Origin: an uncultured Solirubrobacterales bacterium
GTDB taxonomy: Bacteria > Actinomycetota > Thermoleophilia > Solirubrobacterales > Solirubrobacteraceae
DNA: 64,000 nt
Assembly (NCBI GenBank): GCA_963828535.1
Contig: CAWHEM010000010.1
Location: 7,280 to 71,279 of the forward strand
Direction of reading: 5' to 3'
Shown here: in pieces, positions 36,600 through 48,047 of the stretch
Numbering within the stretch: the first letter of the stretch is position 1
Layout of the letters: every line of letters starts with the position of its first letter
Position numbers and translations under genes: made by a program
Notes under the pieces: generated by a model
The model's database searches: none
What the model saw: only the letters and a program-made list of their open reading frames with translations
What the model was told of the DNA's origin: nothing

Positions 36600-37163
36600 C
36601 TACCGCTCGGGTAGGCCGGATGCGACTGCGCGGGTTTTTCTGGACCGTTGTACGACGTGATCCCTGTGCGCCCGCTCCTCGCGCGCGGACTCGAGCCCTC
36701 CGAGCGCGATTCCGATCGTGGCCAGCAGGCCGAGAAAGGCGCCGAGCTTGATATCCACCACCGAGTCGGCGCGGGGGGGAACGAGCAGGACCCGGTAGGC
36801 CACGAACACGGCCAGCAGCGTGCCGAGCGCCGCCACGGGCGCACCCGTCGCGGTTCTCGCGCCGTGGCCCCGCTGGCGGGCGTGCAGCACCACACAGCCG
36901 AGCGCGAACAGGATCGTGGCCAGCATCAGCCAACGCAGCAGCGTCAGTCCGTTCCACGCGTTTTCCGCGCCGGTGGTCCCCGAGCGCCGGAGCGCCGGCA
37001 CGCCGACCTTGCCGAACCACTCCAGCGCGAACATGGTCAGCGCCAGCAGCAGCGCGCTGCTCGCGCTGATCACCTCCCCGCTGTGCACCCGCGGTCCGAT
37101 TCGCCGGACCGGCTGCCACTCCGCCGCCGGCTCGGGCGCCTGCGGCTCGTCGCCCGAGGCCAC
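36600..37163 (-). CDS. Four-TM membrane protein, paralog 3
   Basis: GEVISASSALLLALTMFALEWFG..NAWNGL..GAFLGL. Confidence 0.8.
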   Translation of the reverse strand: MASGDEPQAPEPAAEWQPVRRIGPRVHSGEVISASSALLLALTMFALEWFGKVGVPALRRSGTTGAENAWNGLTLLRWLMLATILFALGCVVLHARQRGHGARTATGAPVAALGTLLAVFVAYRVLLVPPRADSVVDIKLGAFLGLLATIGIALGGLESAREERAHRDHVVQRSRKTRAVASGLPER

Positions 37164-37165
37164 GA

Positions 37166-38035
37166 TCAGGCCGCGGAATGCGCCAGCGCGTGCTGGAGCC
37201 GCGCGGCGCTGACGGTGTTGCGCAGCAGCATGGCGATGGTCATCGGTCCCACGCCCCCGGGTACCGGCGTGATCCACCCCGCGCGCTCCCGAGCGGCGTC
37301 GAAATCGACATCGCCGACCAGGCCGTCGGGCGTGCGGTTGATGCCGACATCGATGACCGCCGCCCCCGGCTTGACGTGTTCGGCGCCGAGCAGACGCGGA
37401 ACCCCGACCGCGGCCACGAGGATGTCGGCGCGTGCGCACACGGCGGCCAGATCACGGGTGCGGGAATGGCAGATCGTCACCGTCGCGTGGCGCGCCAACA
37501 GCAGCGCCGCAACCGGTTTGCCGACCAGATCAGAGCGACCCGCCACGACCGCCTCCGCGCCCTGGAGCGGTACCTCGTAGCCGTCAAGCAGCTCGATCAC
37601 CCCGAGCGGCGTGCACGGCCGCAGCCCGAGGGTTCCCTGCCACAGTCGCCCAATGCTGACCGCCGTCAACCCGTCAACATCCTTTTCCGGCGCGATGCGT
37701 GCGGTCAGCGCCGCCCCGTCGAGTGGAGCGGGGACCGGAAGCTGGAGCAGGATGCCGCTGATCTCGGGGTCCGCGTTGCACTCCTCGATCAGCGCCGCGA
37801 CCTCGTCCTGGGGGACGCCTGCGTCGAGGTGACGGTGATGATCGGCGATCCCGGCCTCGGCGCAGGCCTTGCGTTTGTTGGCCACGTAGACAGCCGATGC
37901 CGGATCGTCGCCGACGAGGATTGTCGCCAGTCCAGGTGGGCGGCCAATCATGTCTGCGACCTCCGAGACCTCACGGGCGACGTCGGCTCGGACCCGCGCC
38001 GCCACAGCCTTTCCATCAATGATCGCCGCGCTCAC
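37166..38035 (-). CDS. folD: Methylene-THF dehydrogenase/cyclohydrolase
   Basis: [46 protein letters not shown]. Confidence 0.96.
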   Translation of the reverse strand: MSAAIIDGKAVAARVRADVAREVSEVADMIGRPPGLATILVGDDPASAVYVANKRKACAEAGIADHHRHLDAGVPQDEVAALIEECNADPEISGILLQLPVPAPLDGAALTARIAPEKDVDGLTAVSIGRLWQGTLGLRPCTPLGVIELLDGYEVPLQGAEAVVAGRSDLVGKPVAALLLARHATVTICHSRTRDLAAVCARADILVAAVGVPRLLGAEHVKPGAAVIDVGINRTPDGLVGDVDFDAARERAGWITPVPGGVGPMTIAMLLRNTVSAARLQHALAHSAA

Positions 38036-38071
38036 CGCGTGCACGCTAGAGGATCGAGGCCCAACGGTTGA

Positions 38072-40289
38072 TCAACGCTTCGTGATCGGTGCCAGGTCGG
38101 CCACGAGCTTGCGCTCGGAACGGTCCTTGCTGAAGCGGATGACCACGATTCCACCGGGCTCGAGCCCGGTCACCACACCCTCGCCGAAGCTGGGATGAAC
38201 GACGTCGTCGCCCATTCGATAGGCCACCAACGGCGCCTCGCGCTCAGCGGGGGAAGACGAAGCCCAGGAGGTGGCGCGGGCGCGAAAACCACCCGGCGTC
38301 CCGGTTCCTCGCCGCAGCGCCTGTTCCTCGCGGTCGGTCAACGCCGCCGGAATCTCGCCGATGAACCGGCTCGGGGCGCCGAAGCTGCGAGCTCCGAATA
38401 CCGTCCGCGTCCGGGCGTAGGTGACGTAGAGGTCACGCTCGGCCCGGGTGATGCCGACGTAGCACAGGCGGCGCTCCTCCTCGAGGCCCCCCTCATCGAG
38501 GGCCCGGGAGTGCGGGAACACCCCCTCCTCACAGCCGATCATGAACACGATCGGGTACTCCAGGCCCTTGGCGTTGTGAAGCGTCATCAGCGTCACCAGG
38601 CCCTCGTCGTCATTGCGTCCGTCGGCGTCGGCGATCAGCGCGATCTGCTGCAGGAACGCGGGCAGTGGCGCTTCGTCGGGATCAGCGGTGGCGACGAGCT
38701 CGGAGGAGGCGTACTCGACGGCCACGTTGACCAGCTCGTCGAGGTTCTCGATCCGGCCCTGGGCCTCGATCGTGCGCTCGGCCTCGAGCGCTTCCCGGTA
38801 GCCCGTCTCGTGAAGGGTCTCGCGCAGCAGCTCGGCCACCGACGCGCCGGACTCGGCGCGCTCCCGGAGCACGTGCATCGTCGCCATGAACCTGCGGATC
38901 GCCTTGACCGCCGCCGGACCGAGGCCCGGCACCTGTTCGGGATCCGAGGCCGCGTCCCAGATCGACATGCCCATCGTATTGGCGAACGCGAGCACACGTG
39001 AGAGTGATGTCGACCCAATGCCCCTGCGCGGGGAGTTGACGATCCGGGTGAACGCGCCCACGTCCTGGGGATTGATGAGGGCGGTCAGGTAGGCGATCGC
39101 ATCCTTGATCTCGGCGCGTTCGTAGAACTTCGTCCCGCCGATGACCTGATAGCCGATCTCCGCCCGCACCAGCGTGTCCTCGAGCACGCGGGACTGCGCG
39201 TTGGTGCGATAGAAGACGGCGATCTCCGCGCGCGCGACCCCCTCGTCGACGAGCCGCTGAATCTCGCCGGTCACGAACCGGGCCTCGGCGTGCTCGTCCT
39301 CGAGCTCCCGGACCTTGATCGGATCGCCCTGGCCGAGGTCGGTCCACAGTTGCTTCGAGCGGCGCCCGCGATTGTTGATGATCACCGCGTTGGCGGCGTC
39401 GAGGATCGTCTGGGTCGAGCGATAGTTCTGCTCGAGCTTGACCACGCGGGCATCGGGGAACGTGTCCTCGAATTCGAGGATGTTGGCGATATCGGCCCCT
39501 CGGAATTGATAAATGGACTGATCGGGGTCTCCCACCACAGCCAGGTTCCGGTGCTCGCCGGCCAGGAGCTGCAGCCACCGGTACTGCGCGTGATTGGTGT
39601 CCTGGTACTCGTCGACCATCACGTGCCGGAAGCCCTCGGCGTAGCGTTCGCGGACCTCGGGGAACAGCTCCAGCACGTTGACCGCGCGGACCAGTAGATC
39701 GTCGAAGTCCATCGCGTTCATCCGGTGCAGCTCGCGCTCGTAGCTGCGGTACACGTCGGCCACCGTCTGCTCGAAGAACGAGCCGACCTGGTGCCCGTAC
39801 TCATCGGCGTCCCGGAGCTTGTTCTTGGCGTCGGAGATCTGGGATTGGATCGCCCCGGGAGTGAATCGCTTCGGATCGACGCCGAGGTCGTCCAGGCAGC
39901 GCTTGACCAGCCGGCGGGAGTCCGCCTGGTCGTAGATCGTGAACTGGCGGGTGTAGCCAAGCCGGTCAGCATGGGCGCGGAGCATCCGGGCACAGGCCGA
40001 GTGGAAGGTCATCACCCACATCGCGCGGACCCGGCGGCCGACCAGCATCCCGGCACGATCACGCATCTCCCCCGCCGCCTTGTTGGTGAAGGTGATGGCC
40101 AGGATCTCGTTCGGCTTGGCGGCATCGGTCGCCACCAGGTACGCGATCCGGTGGGTCAGCACGCGGGTCTTCCCGGATCCCGCTCCGGCCAGGATCAGCA
40201 GCGGTCCGTCGCGCGTGGGTGACGGCCTCACGCTGGGGCTCGTTGAGCCCCGAAAGGAGGGTGTCAAGCTCGGCCGTGGTCTCGGTCAT
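38072..40289 (-). CDS. pcrA: ATP-dependent DNA helicase PcrA/UvrD (N-terminal frameshift)
   Basis: AGAGSGKTRVL, TFTNKAA, VDEYQDTN, LEQNYRST, EEERRLCYVGITRA, C-terminal Tudor-like VVHPSFGEG. Confidence 0.95.
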
Positions 40290-40346
40290 AGCGGCTGTTC
40301 AGACGGTAGCGCCCGCGTCGGCGCCTGAGCGCGTCATCCTCTGGCC

Positions 40347-41276
40347 ATGAGAGAGCTCCGAGCCGCCTGCGCCGCGATCGCCGCCCGTGCTCGCTACGTC
40401 CAGATCGATCTGGCGGCGCTCCCCGCCTATGCCCTGGGCCTTCCCGGCCAGCCACCCGATCCGGGTCCAGACGTGGATCTGCGCTCGGGCTCAGCCGAGC
40501 AGCGGGCGGCGTTCTGGCTGACGCTTGACGCGATCAACTTCGGCTCGGGGTGGTTTCCCACCCTGAACAAGCGCCCCGGGCACTCGGGCTACTTCACCGT
40601 CGCCGCGGGCATCCGCGAGCGCTTCGCCCGGGACGGAGGCTGGAGCGCCGCTGCGCTCTCCCGCATCGAGGCGGGCGAGATAGCCGCGACGCTCGGTCAG
40701 GACCCCCGACACGAGTTGATGGCGCTGTTCGCCGCTTCGCTGCGGGACCTCGGCCGGCACGTGGGCGATGAGAACGGCGGACAGGTTCGAGCACCTGGCC
40801 CGGCCACCGGCGGATCGGCGGTCGCGTTGGCGCTGCGCCTCGGGTCCTGGGCCTGCTTTGCCGACCGCTCGCGCTACGAGGGCATCGATGTCCCCTTCCT
40901 CAAACGCGCCCAGATCGCGGCCGCGGATCTGGCCCGAGCCGGGCGTGATCAAGCCAGACGATCTGGGTGGGCTGACGATGTTCGCCGACAATCTGGTCCC
41001 GCACGTGCTCCGGCTCGACGGGATCCTGCGCCTGCACCCGGGACTGGTCGCCAGGATCGACCGCGGCGAGCTGATCGAGCACGGCAGCCGGAGGAAGTCG
41101 AGATTCGTGCCTGCGCACTGCACGCCGTCGAGCTGATCGTCGCGGCGGGGACCGAGAGCGCCGCCGCTGAGGGCGGGACGTGCGCGGCGGAGATCGACCA
41201 GCTGCTGTGGCTGCGCGGTCAGCAACCGCGCTACAAGGCCTCCCCGCGCCACCGCTCGCGCTGCACCGCGTACTGA
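40347..41276 (+). CDS. Queuosine salvage hydrolase (DUF2419/QNG1 family, frameshifted)
   Basis: LTLDAINFGSGWF, FLKRAQI, MFADNLVPHVLR, EVEIRA, IDQLLW, HRSRCTAY*. Confidence 0.85.
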   Translation: MRELRAACAAIAARARYVQIDLAALPAYALGLPGQPPDPGPDVDLRSGSAEQRAAFWLTLDAINFGSGWFPTLNKRPGHSGYFTVAAGIRERFARDGGWSAAALSRIEAGEIAATLGQDPRHELMALFAASLRDLGRHVGDENGGQVRAPGPATGGSAVALALRLGSWACFADRSRYEGIDVPFLKRAQIAAADLARAGRDQARRSGWADDVRRQSGPARAPARRDPAPAPGTGRQDRPRRADRARQPEEVEIRACALHAVELIVAAGTESAAAEGGTCAAEIDQLLWLRGQQPRYKASPRHRSRCTAY

Positions 41277-41280
41277 GTGC

Positions 41281-42480
41281 TCACCGCGCCGTAGCGCGCG
41301 ATCAGCTTGCGGTAGGCGTCGAACGCCGGCTTGGGCGAATAGTCGTCTCGGAGCAGGCCGAAGAAGGACTGGAAGTTCGGCCCGTGGGAGTTGTTGTCCC
41401 GCAACCCGAACCAGTTGAAGTTGGTGATGTTGTAGACCCCGCGGTAGGCGATCGCCGTGTGCACGAGCGCCGAGAGGGCGCGGGCCTGGGCGGCCTCGTC
41501 CGGACGGTTTGGGCCCGTCGGGTAGCCCGTTTCCTCGATGCGAATCGGGGTCGCTCAGCCCGAAGCCCGCGTGGCGCATGTAGCACTTGCGCATCTGGGC
41601 GAGACCTTCGAGGAACGCGTCGGCGAGGTTCTTGATCGGCGGGGAGTCCGGCAGCAGGATTCCCGGGGTGTAGGTCCCGGGATAGATGTCGATGCCGACG
41701 TAATCGGTGGCGTGGCGGAGGCGCTTGCCGCCGAGCCGGCCGAGGTCGTGCCAGAAGCGCGCGTCGACCTTGTGGTCCGCGGAGCGCCACGCATAGTTGA
41801 AACCGATCTTCTGCCAGGTGTAGTGATGGCGCAGCGATTCGCGCTTGGCGGCGATCACGCCCGTCGACGAGCGCGCGGACCGAGTTCTTGTAGAACCCGT
41901 CGGAGGTGTTCGGCGAGAAGTTGAGGTTGACCTCGTTGGTGATCTGCAGGCCGGTCACCCGACGATTCGGTCCGAACGCGCGCACCACCTTGCGCACGAA
42001 GGCAACCCACTTGCCGATGTTCCCGTTCTCGGCCTCCGCGGGGTGATAGCGGACCTGCAGCTCGACATCGATGCCCTGCCGAGTGAGGCGGCTGGCCAGC
42101 CGCTGGAATTCGCGGATGCCCTGATCCCCGTCGGACATGAACAGCCGGTTGAGGCGGACGAACAGGGACCGCCGGCCCTTCAGCAGCGTCAGGGCACGGT
42201 CGCGCTTGGCGAAGTTCTCGGGCACGAGCGGAGTGGTGTTGGCTGTCCCGCCCTCGCCGGCGAGCCGCGGTCCGACGCCGAACCGCAGCGCCGGTCCGCC
42301 GCCGGGGGCGTCGTTCGCATAGCTCTGCTCGCAGAGCGGGTCAGGAAGTGTGGCGGGCGGTGTCCTGCGACGGGGAGATCGCGCCGGCGATGTCCCACGG
42401 AATCGCCAGCGCGACCGCGGGCGCTGGCTGAGCAGCGTGGCGGCGACCAGCGGAAGCCGCCGCGAATGCGAGCCGCCCGA
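41281..42480 (-). CDS. Secreted clan GH-A-like glycoside hydrolase (frameshifted, boundaries approximate)
   Basis: LQITNEVN (acid/base), DYVGIDIYP, IRIEETGYPT (nucleophile), WFGLRDN..FGLLRDDYSPKPAF. Confidence 0.65.
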
Positions 42481-42497
42481 GCGCAAAACCGGGCGCC

Positions 42498-43960
42498 TCA
42501 GCCCTCCAGCGCCTCGCCGCGCGCGCGGGCGATCGCCTCGGCGCCCGCGTCGCCGACGAGCAGCTCCGGCCGAAGCGTCCCGCTGGCGACGAGGTCGAGC
42601 GCCGGGAATCGCCCCGTGCTGGCCAGCGCCAGGTTCAAGGCAATCACCGTGGTCTCGCCGCCGATCGGAGCCGCGGCGGTGGCAATCACCGTCAGCGACC
42701 CGCCGTCGACGATGTTCCGCGCCGCGGCCAGACGCCTTGCGGGCCGCCTGGGGGTGCATCCCGTCGAGCGTGTCGATCAGCACGACGGCGTCGGCACCGC
42801 GGGCGGCAACCCGCCGCGCCTGGTCGATCACCAGCTCGACCGCGTGGTCCTGGGCATCGGAGGACGCCGCGAAGCTCACTGCCGAGGCGGGAGTGAGACC
42901 GGCCTCGCTCCACACCCCGATCTCCTCGGGCCGGACTCCCGCCAGCGCGATCGATACCTGGAGCTCCTCCTGGCCGGCGAGCACGGTGGCCAGGCGTCGC
43001 AGCGCCTCACTCTTGCCTGCCCGGGAGGCGCCGACCAGCGTCACCCGTGAACCCTTGCCGAACGGCGTCAGCCATTCGATCGCCTTGATCGTCGGATCCT
43101 CGGAGCCGAGACGGAAGCGCTCGATCGGAAATGCCGCCGGCAGATCGTCAAACCGCGTGCCCAGCTCCGATGCAGGCGCGCCATTGATCGTGTCGACGCG
43201 GACGAGCGAGGCAAAACGCTCCGAGCGGCGCGGGGCGCGCCGCGGACCGCGTCACCCGGTCCCCGGAGACGAGCTCGCAGCGTTTGACCTGGGCCGCGGA
43301 CACGTAGACGTCGTCGTCGGAGGGCTCAGGGGGCTGGACGCGGACGAAGCCGGAGCCGTTGGGGAGCAGCTCGACGACGCCCTCGACCGGTCACATCTTC
43401 GCTCGTCGGCGACGGGCTCGGCGTCCCGCGAGCGGTCCTGGTCCCGCGAGCGCTCCTGGTCACCGCGCGGTCGCTCGGAATCCGCGCGAGCGCTCGGGAT
43501 CGCGATCCCGGGAGCGCGACCTCGTTCTCGGCTGTGCGCTCCGGGCCGATCCGCGTCCGGCTCCTTGGCCTCGGCAGCAGACTCGTCGCCGTCCGGCTTC
43601 TTCGCTCCTCATCGCCTTCCTGGCGCTGTCATCATCGCGGGCGCCGGCACGAGTGCGGTTGCCGCCGCGGGCGCTGGTGCGGGCGCGGCCGCCGCGCCGC
43701 CGGCGGGTGCCGGTCGGCTCATCCTCGGCCTCGATCCTCGGCGGCCGCGCGCGTCCGTCATCGAGGTCGGCTTCGGCCGCCGCGCTCGAGTCGACGTCTG
43801 GCGTGACGGTGCTCGCCTCGCCGCCCTGGCGACCGAGGATGGCGTCGATCAGCTCTGCTTTGCGCAGCCGACGATAACCGTCGAGCGACAGCTCTGAAGC
43901 GATCGTGTGTAGGTCGGCGAGTGGGCTCTCTTCGAGCGCGGCGCGATCCAGTACGGACAT
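42498..43960 (-). CDS. Rho-like protein with degenerate ATPase domain (frameshifted)
   Basis: Rho N-terminal helix bundle (LADLHTIASELSLDGYRRLRKAELIDAIL), OB fold (GSGFVR..DDVYVSAAQVKR), TPFGKGSR, AGKS, RPEE, AARN, FPALDLVASGT; AGGAGG SD. Confidence 0.85.
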
Positions 43961-44064
43961 GATGTGGCCTCCTGTGGGCTCGTATCGGTGGGCTCCGGTC
44001 GCGTTGGGGCAGCAACCGGCGATCTTCACGACTGAATCTAGCGTCGCGTTGAGGACGACCGCGA

Positions 44065-44662
44065 TCACGTGCCCGGGGGCGCAACCGAGCTTGCGGGCGA
44101 CACCAGCTCCGGGCGAGCTCGGCCACGACGGGTCGGGTCCAGTGCCCCAGGGGGTTGTGCTCGCCGCGCGGCGAGATCCGCGCCTCGCCCGGGCGAGCAG
44201 GCCGCCCGCGAACACAGCCACTGAGCTGGCCAGCGCAAGGTAGGCCCCCGCAGCCGGGTGCAGGAGGTCCGCCGGGCCGGGCGGGACGATCGTGCGGTAG
44301 GCGCAGAGCACGAGCGCCACGGTTCCGGCTCCCGCGATCAGCCGTCCGGCGCCGCTCGCCCGGTCGGTGATCGACAGCAGCGAAATCCCGCCGGCGATCC
44401 CGGCGAGGAGCGCGAGCACGATGTCGATCTGATTCAGCACCCGCCACCCGGATACGTGCAGCTCGCCAAGGTGGCGGGCGAGCTCCGCGCCTTGGGTGAT
44501 CAGCGGCGCCAGGGCGCCGAACTGGCCGGCCACGCTCTCGGCCTGGTCGATGAACGACGGCGGGATCGTGAACGAGTACCAGGGCAGCCACAGGCTGACC
44601 AGCAATCCCGCCGCGCCCAGCGCGGCGATCGCGTACGGCCACGTGCGACGTCCGCTTGACAT
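44065..44662 (-). CDS. Four-TM membrane protein related to the 35.3-37.2 kb paralogs (3' end approximate)
   Basis: LGAAGLLVSLWLPWYS..SGWRVL..GAYLALA. Confidence 0.7.
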
Positions 44663-44672
44663 TGCGCTGCGG

Positions 44673-45624
44673 TCATCGGCGGCCGCTCGCCTCGGCTTGA
44701 GCGTCATGGACGGATGTCCTCGTCTGCGCCCAGCGCAGCGAATCCTCGACGCGCGCCTCGCTGCCGAGCCGTTGCTCGCCCGAGAGCACCGCCCGCACGG
44801 CCATGAAATCTGCGGTCTCGGCGACATCGTGGACCCGGAGCACGTGCGCGCCGGAGCTGATCCCGTGCGCGACCGCGGCCAGCGTCCCCGCGAGCCGTTC
44901 ACGCGGGGCCCGGTGGGTGATCGCGCCGACGAAATCCTTGCGGGACACGGCGAGCAGCACCGGCCGGCCGAGCGCGTGCAGGTCCGGGAGGGCCCGCAGC
45001 ACCTCGACGGTCTGCGACGGCGTCTTGGCGAAGTCCGGACCCGGGTCGAGCATCAGCTGCTCGAACGCCACCCCTCGCCCCATGGCCACCTCGATTCGCT
45101 CGCGCAGGAACGCCAGCACGTCCTCGGCGACGCGTCCGTCGAGAGCGGGGTCGAGCAGCTTCTGCTTGGGCGCCGCGCGCGTATGCATGATCACCAGCGC
45201 GGCGCCGGTGGCGGCGCACACCTCCGCCAAGCGCGGATCTCGCAGTCCGCTCACGTCGTTGACGATCGAGGCTCCGGCTTCGATCGCCGCCTGCGCCACC
45301 GCGGGCTTGTAGGTGTCGACCGAGACGATCGCTCCGAGCTGGCCGCTGACCAGTCGGATCAGCGGCACGACCCGTTCGATCTCCTCGTCCGGCTGCGACC
45401 GCCGGACGGTTGGTGACGCCGGACTCACCGCCGATGTCGATGATCTGAGCGCCCGCGGCCAGCAAGCTGCGCGGCCAAGCGCCACACGCTCCTCGAGCGT
45501 CTGGTGCAGGCCGGCGTCCGAGAACGAGTCCGGGGTGGCGTTGACGATCCCCATCAACCACGGCCGCACCTCCGAGTTCCAGCATCCCCGCGCTCGTCTG
45601 CAGGCTGAGCGCCGGCGCACTCAT
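44673..45624 (-). CDS. folP: Dihydropteroate synthase (frameshifted)
   Basis: LMGIVNATPDSFSD, IDIGGES, SVDTYK, NDVSG, LDPGPDFAK, SRKDF, RVHDV. Confidence 0.93.
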
Positions 45625-46253
45625 GGGTCGGGCTCGGCGTCCACGTCCTCCGGTGCCCGCTCTGCGCGGCCAGGCCCGGTAGCAGACCGACGCTTCCAGC
45701 ATCGCCGCATGCGTGATCTCGCAGGCTGGGCATTCGGCCAGGTGAGCCAGCAGCCATTCGTCGTCCTCGCCGGACAGCGGCTCCGAGTCCTGTCGACGGG
45801 CGAGCAGGCGCAGCGCACGCTCGCCATCCGGGCAGGCGCGGTGGCGGGAAGCGGGCTGCCCCGGCGTTCGACGCGCAAGCGCAACCGGGCCCGGGCGAGC
45901 AAGGGGGCCGACCGCAGCACTGCTCGACGTCCATGACCTGCGCAATCTGCTCGTAGGAGAGACGCAGCAGCTCCCGCAGCGCGAGAACTTCACGCTGGCG
46001 CTCGGGCAGACGCCGCGGTCGCGCTCGCCAGCTCCGCCGCCACCGCCGCGGCGAGCCTGGCTCCGACTCCGGCCGTGGCGTTGCCGCGCCGGGGAGCTCG
46101 AGCCCGCTGCGCGCGCGCCCGACATGCCCGCGCGGCCGCCGCGAGCAGCGCCACGCGGTCGCCGGTCTGCGCTTCCCGAGCCTGCGCCGCTGCCTCGTCG
46201 GCCGCCGGTCCCGGTCCCAGCACCCGGCGGCAGAACTCCTGCACCTCGTCCAC
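45621..46253 (-). CDS. Sigma-70 region-4 domain fused to a zinc anti-sigma (HxxxCxxC) domain (frameshifted)
   Basis: RLPERQREVLALRELLRLSYEQIAQVM..LLARARLRLR, then CPDGERALRLL..WLLAHLAECPAC. Confidence 0.7.
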
Positions 46254-46262
46254 GGCGTGAGC

Positions 46263-47944
46263 TTAACCGACCCTCGGCGCGATGCCCTCGATCGCTGCTT
46301 CGGTCCGGAAGCGCTCGAGCTCCAGCGTGACCCGCGCTCGTCCCAGCCCAGCTCCGCCCCCATCGCCCGCGCCACCCGCATCGGCGCCTGGTGGCCGGGG
46401 GCGCATAGCTCTCGCGCCGCCAGTAGCCCAGGCGCGTCCGTCGCAGCAGCACGTCGGCGACGGTGCGCGCCTGCTCGTGACGGGCCGAGAACGGTGCCTC
46501 GGCCAGCAGGTCGGGCAGGCCCTCGACGATCGGCTGGGCCAGCTCCCCGCGCTCGGCGGCCGTCTCCAGCACCCGCTCGGCGGCATAGCCGTAGCGACCC
46601 GCCAGCGCCGCGTAGGCCTCTTCTCGCACGCCCTCGATCCGGGGCAGCCGATCGGGATCGATGGGCTGACCCAGTGGGATCTCATGGGTGCGGCAGGGCG
46701 CCTGCCGACCGTCGCGCTCGACCACTCGGTCCACCGCGAGCTTGGCCATGCGTCGCCACGTCGTCAGCTTGCCGCCGGTGATCGTGATCAGCCCACTCGA
46801 GGTCTCGTACAGCTCGGCCTTGCGGGAGATATCGACCGACTTGCGCGTATCTCCGGTGGAGATCAGCGGTCGCACGCCGGCGTAGGCGCCCGTCAGCTGG
46901 TCAAAACCGAGGTCGGTGCCGAAGAACGTGTTCGTGGCCTCCAGCAGGTACGCGATGTCCTCTCGGAGGGTTGAACGTGGTCGATGTCGCCCTCGTAGTT
47001 GTTGTCCGTCGTGCCGATCAGGCTGCGGCCCGAGCCACGGCAGCGCAAAGATCGAGCGACCTTCGCCGGCCGGCACGATCGCTCCGGCCACCAGGGGCAG
47101 GTCCTCGTGGGCCATCGTGACGTGGGTGCCGCGGCTGGGCGTGATCCGGGGCAACTCGGCCTCGGAGTGCAGCTCCTCGGGGCGGATCCGGTCGGCCCAC
47201 ACGCCGGTGGCGTTGATCACGTTGTCGGCGTCGAACGTGAACTGATCGCCCGCCTCCGCGTCGCGGACCGTGACGCCGGCCCCGTGCCCGTCCTCGCGGG
47301 CCAGCTCGGTCACCTCCATGCGGTTGACGCAGATCGCGCCGAAGCGCTCGGCCTCGCCGAGCACGGTCAGGACCAGCCGCGCATCGTCGGTCTGGCAGTC
47401 GTAGAACAGATAACCGCCGCTGGGCTCCCGGCCGGCCAGCGCGGGCAGCAGCTCGATCACCTCCTCGCCGGAGATCACCCGGTGGCGAGCCGGGCTCCAA
47501 TCGCTGTCGGCCTCCTCGCCGGCTGCGGCCGCGGCCGCGGCGGTTGGCCCGTCGACCTCGCAGGCGCGGGGTGGCCATCACGTCGTACATGTTCAACCCG
47601 ATCCCGATCAGCCGATCCGGGCGGGCGCCGTCGAATGCCGGCACCACCAGCTGCAGCGGACGGACGAGGTGAGGCGCGAGCCTGACCATCAGCTGACGCT
47701 CCAGCAGCGCCTCGCGGACGAGGCCCAGGTCGAAGTTCTGCAGGTAGCGCAGGCCGCCGTGAACGAGCTTCGACGAGCGGCTGCTGGTGCCGGAGGCGAA
47801 ATCGGCCTTCTCGACCAGCGCAACGCTGTAACCCCGTGATGCAGCGTCCAGCGCGACGCCAGCTCCGGTGATCCCGCCCCCGATGACGACGATGTCGAAG
47901 CGCTCGCTGGTCAACGCCTCGATCGCGCGCTCCCGGGTGATCAT
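46263..47944 (-). CDS. glpD: FAD-dependent glycerol-3-phosphate dehydrogenase (frameshifted)
   Basis: VIGGGITGAG, SGTSSRSSKLVHGGLRYL, NATGVWAD, YAGVRPL, ITGGKLTTWR. Confidence 0.93.
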
Positions 47945-48047
47945 GCGCTGCAGCCTACTTCGGGCGCCCCGTGGCCGGATGGCCAGGAACGGAGTCCGGC
48001 TCGCGGCCGGCGGCGGTCAGCACAGCAGGGCGTGTCCCGCGCGGCGC

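Noticed and set aside
43420-43530. Short tandem repeats (GAGCGGTCCTGGTCCCGC-like)
   Set aside because: They encode the low-complexity RDQER/RDQDR insert typical of actinobacterial Rho, and are not a CRISPR array or mobile repeat.
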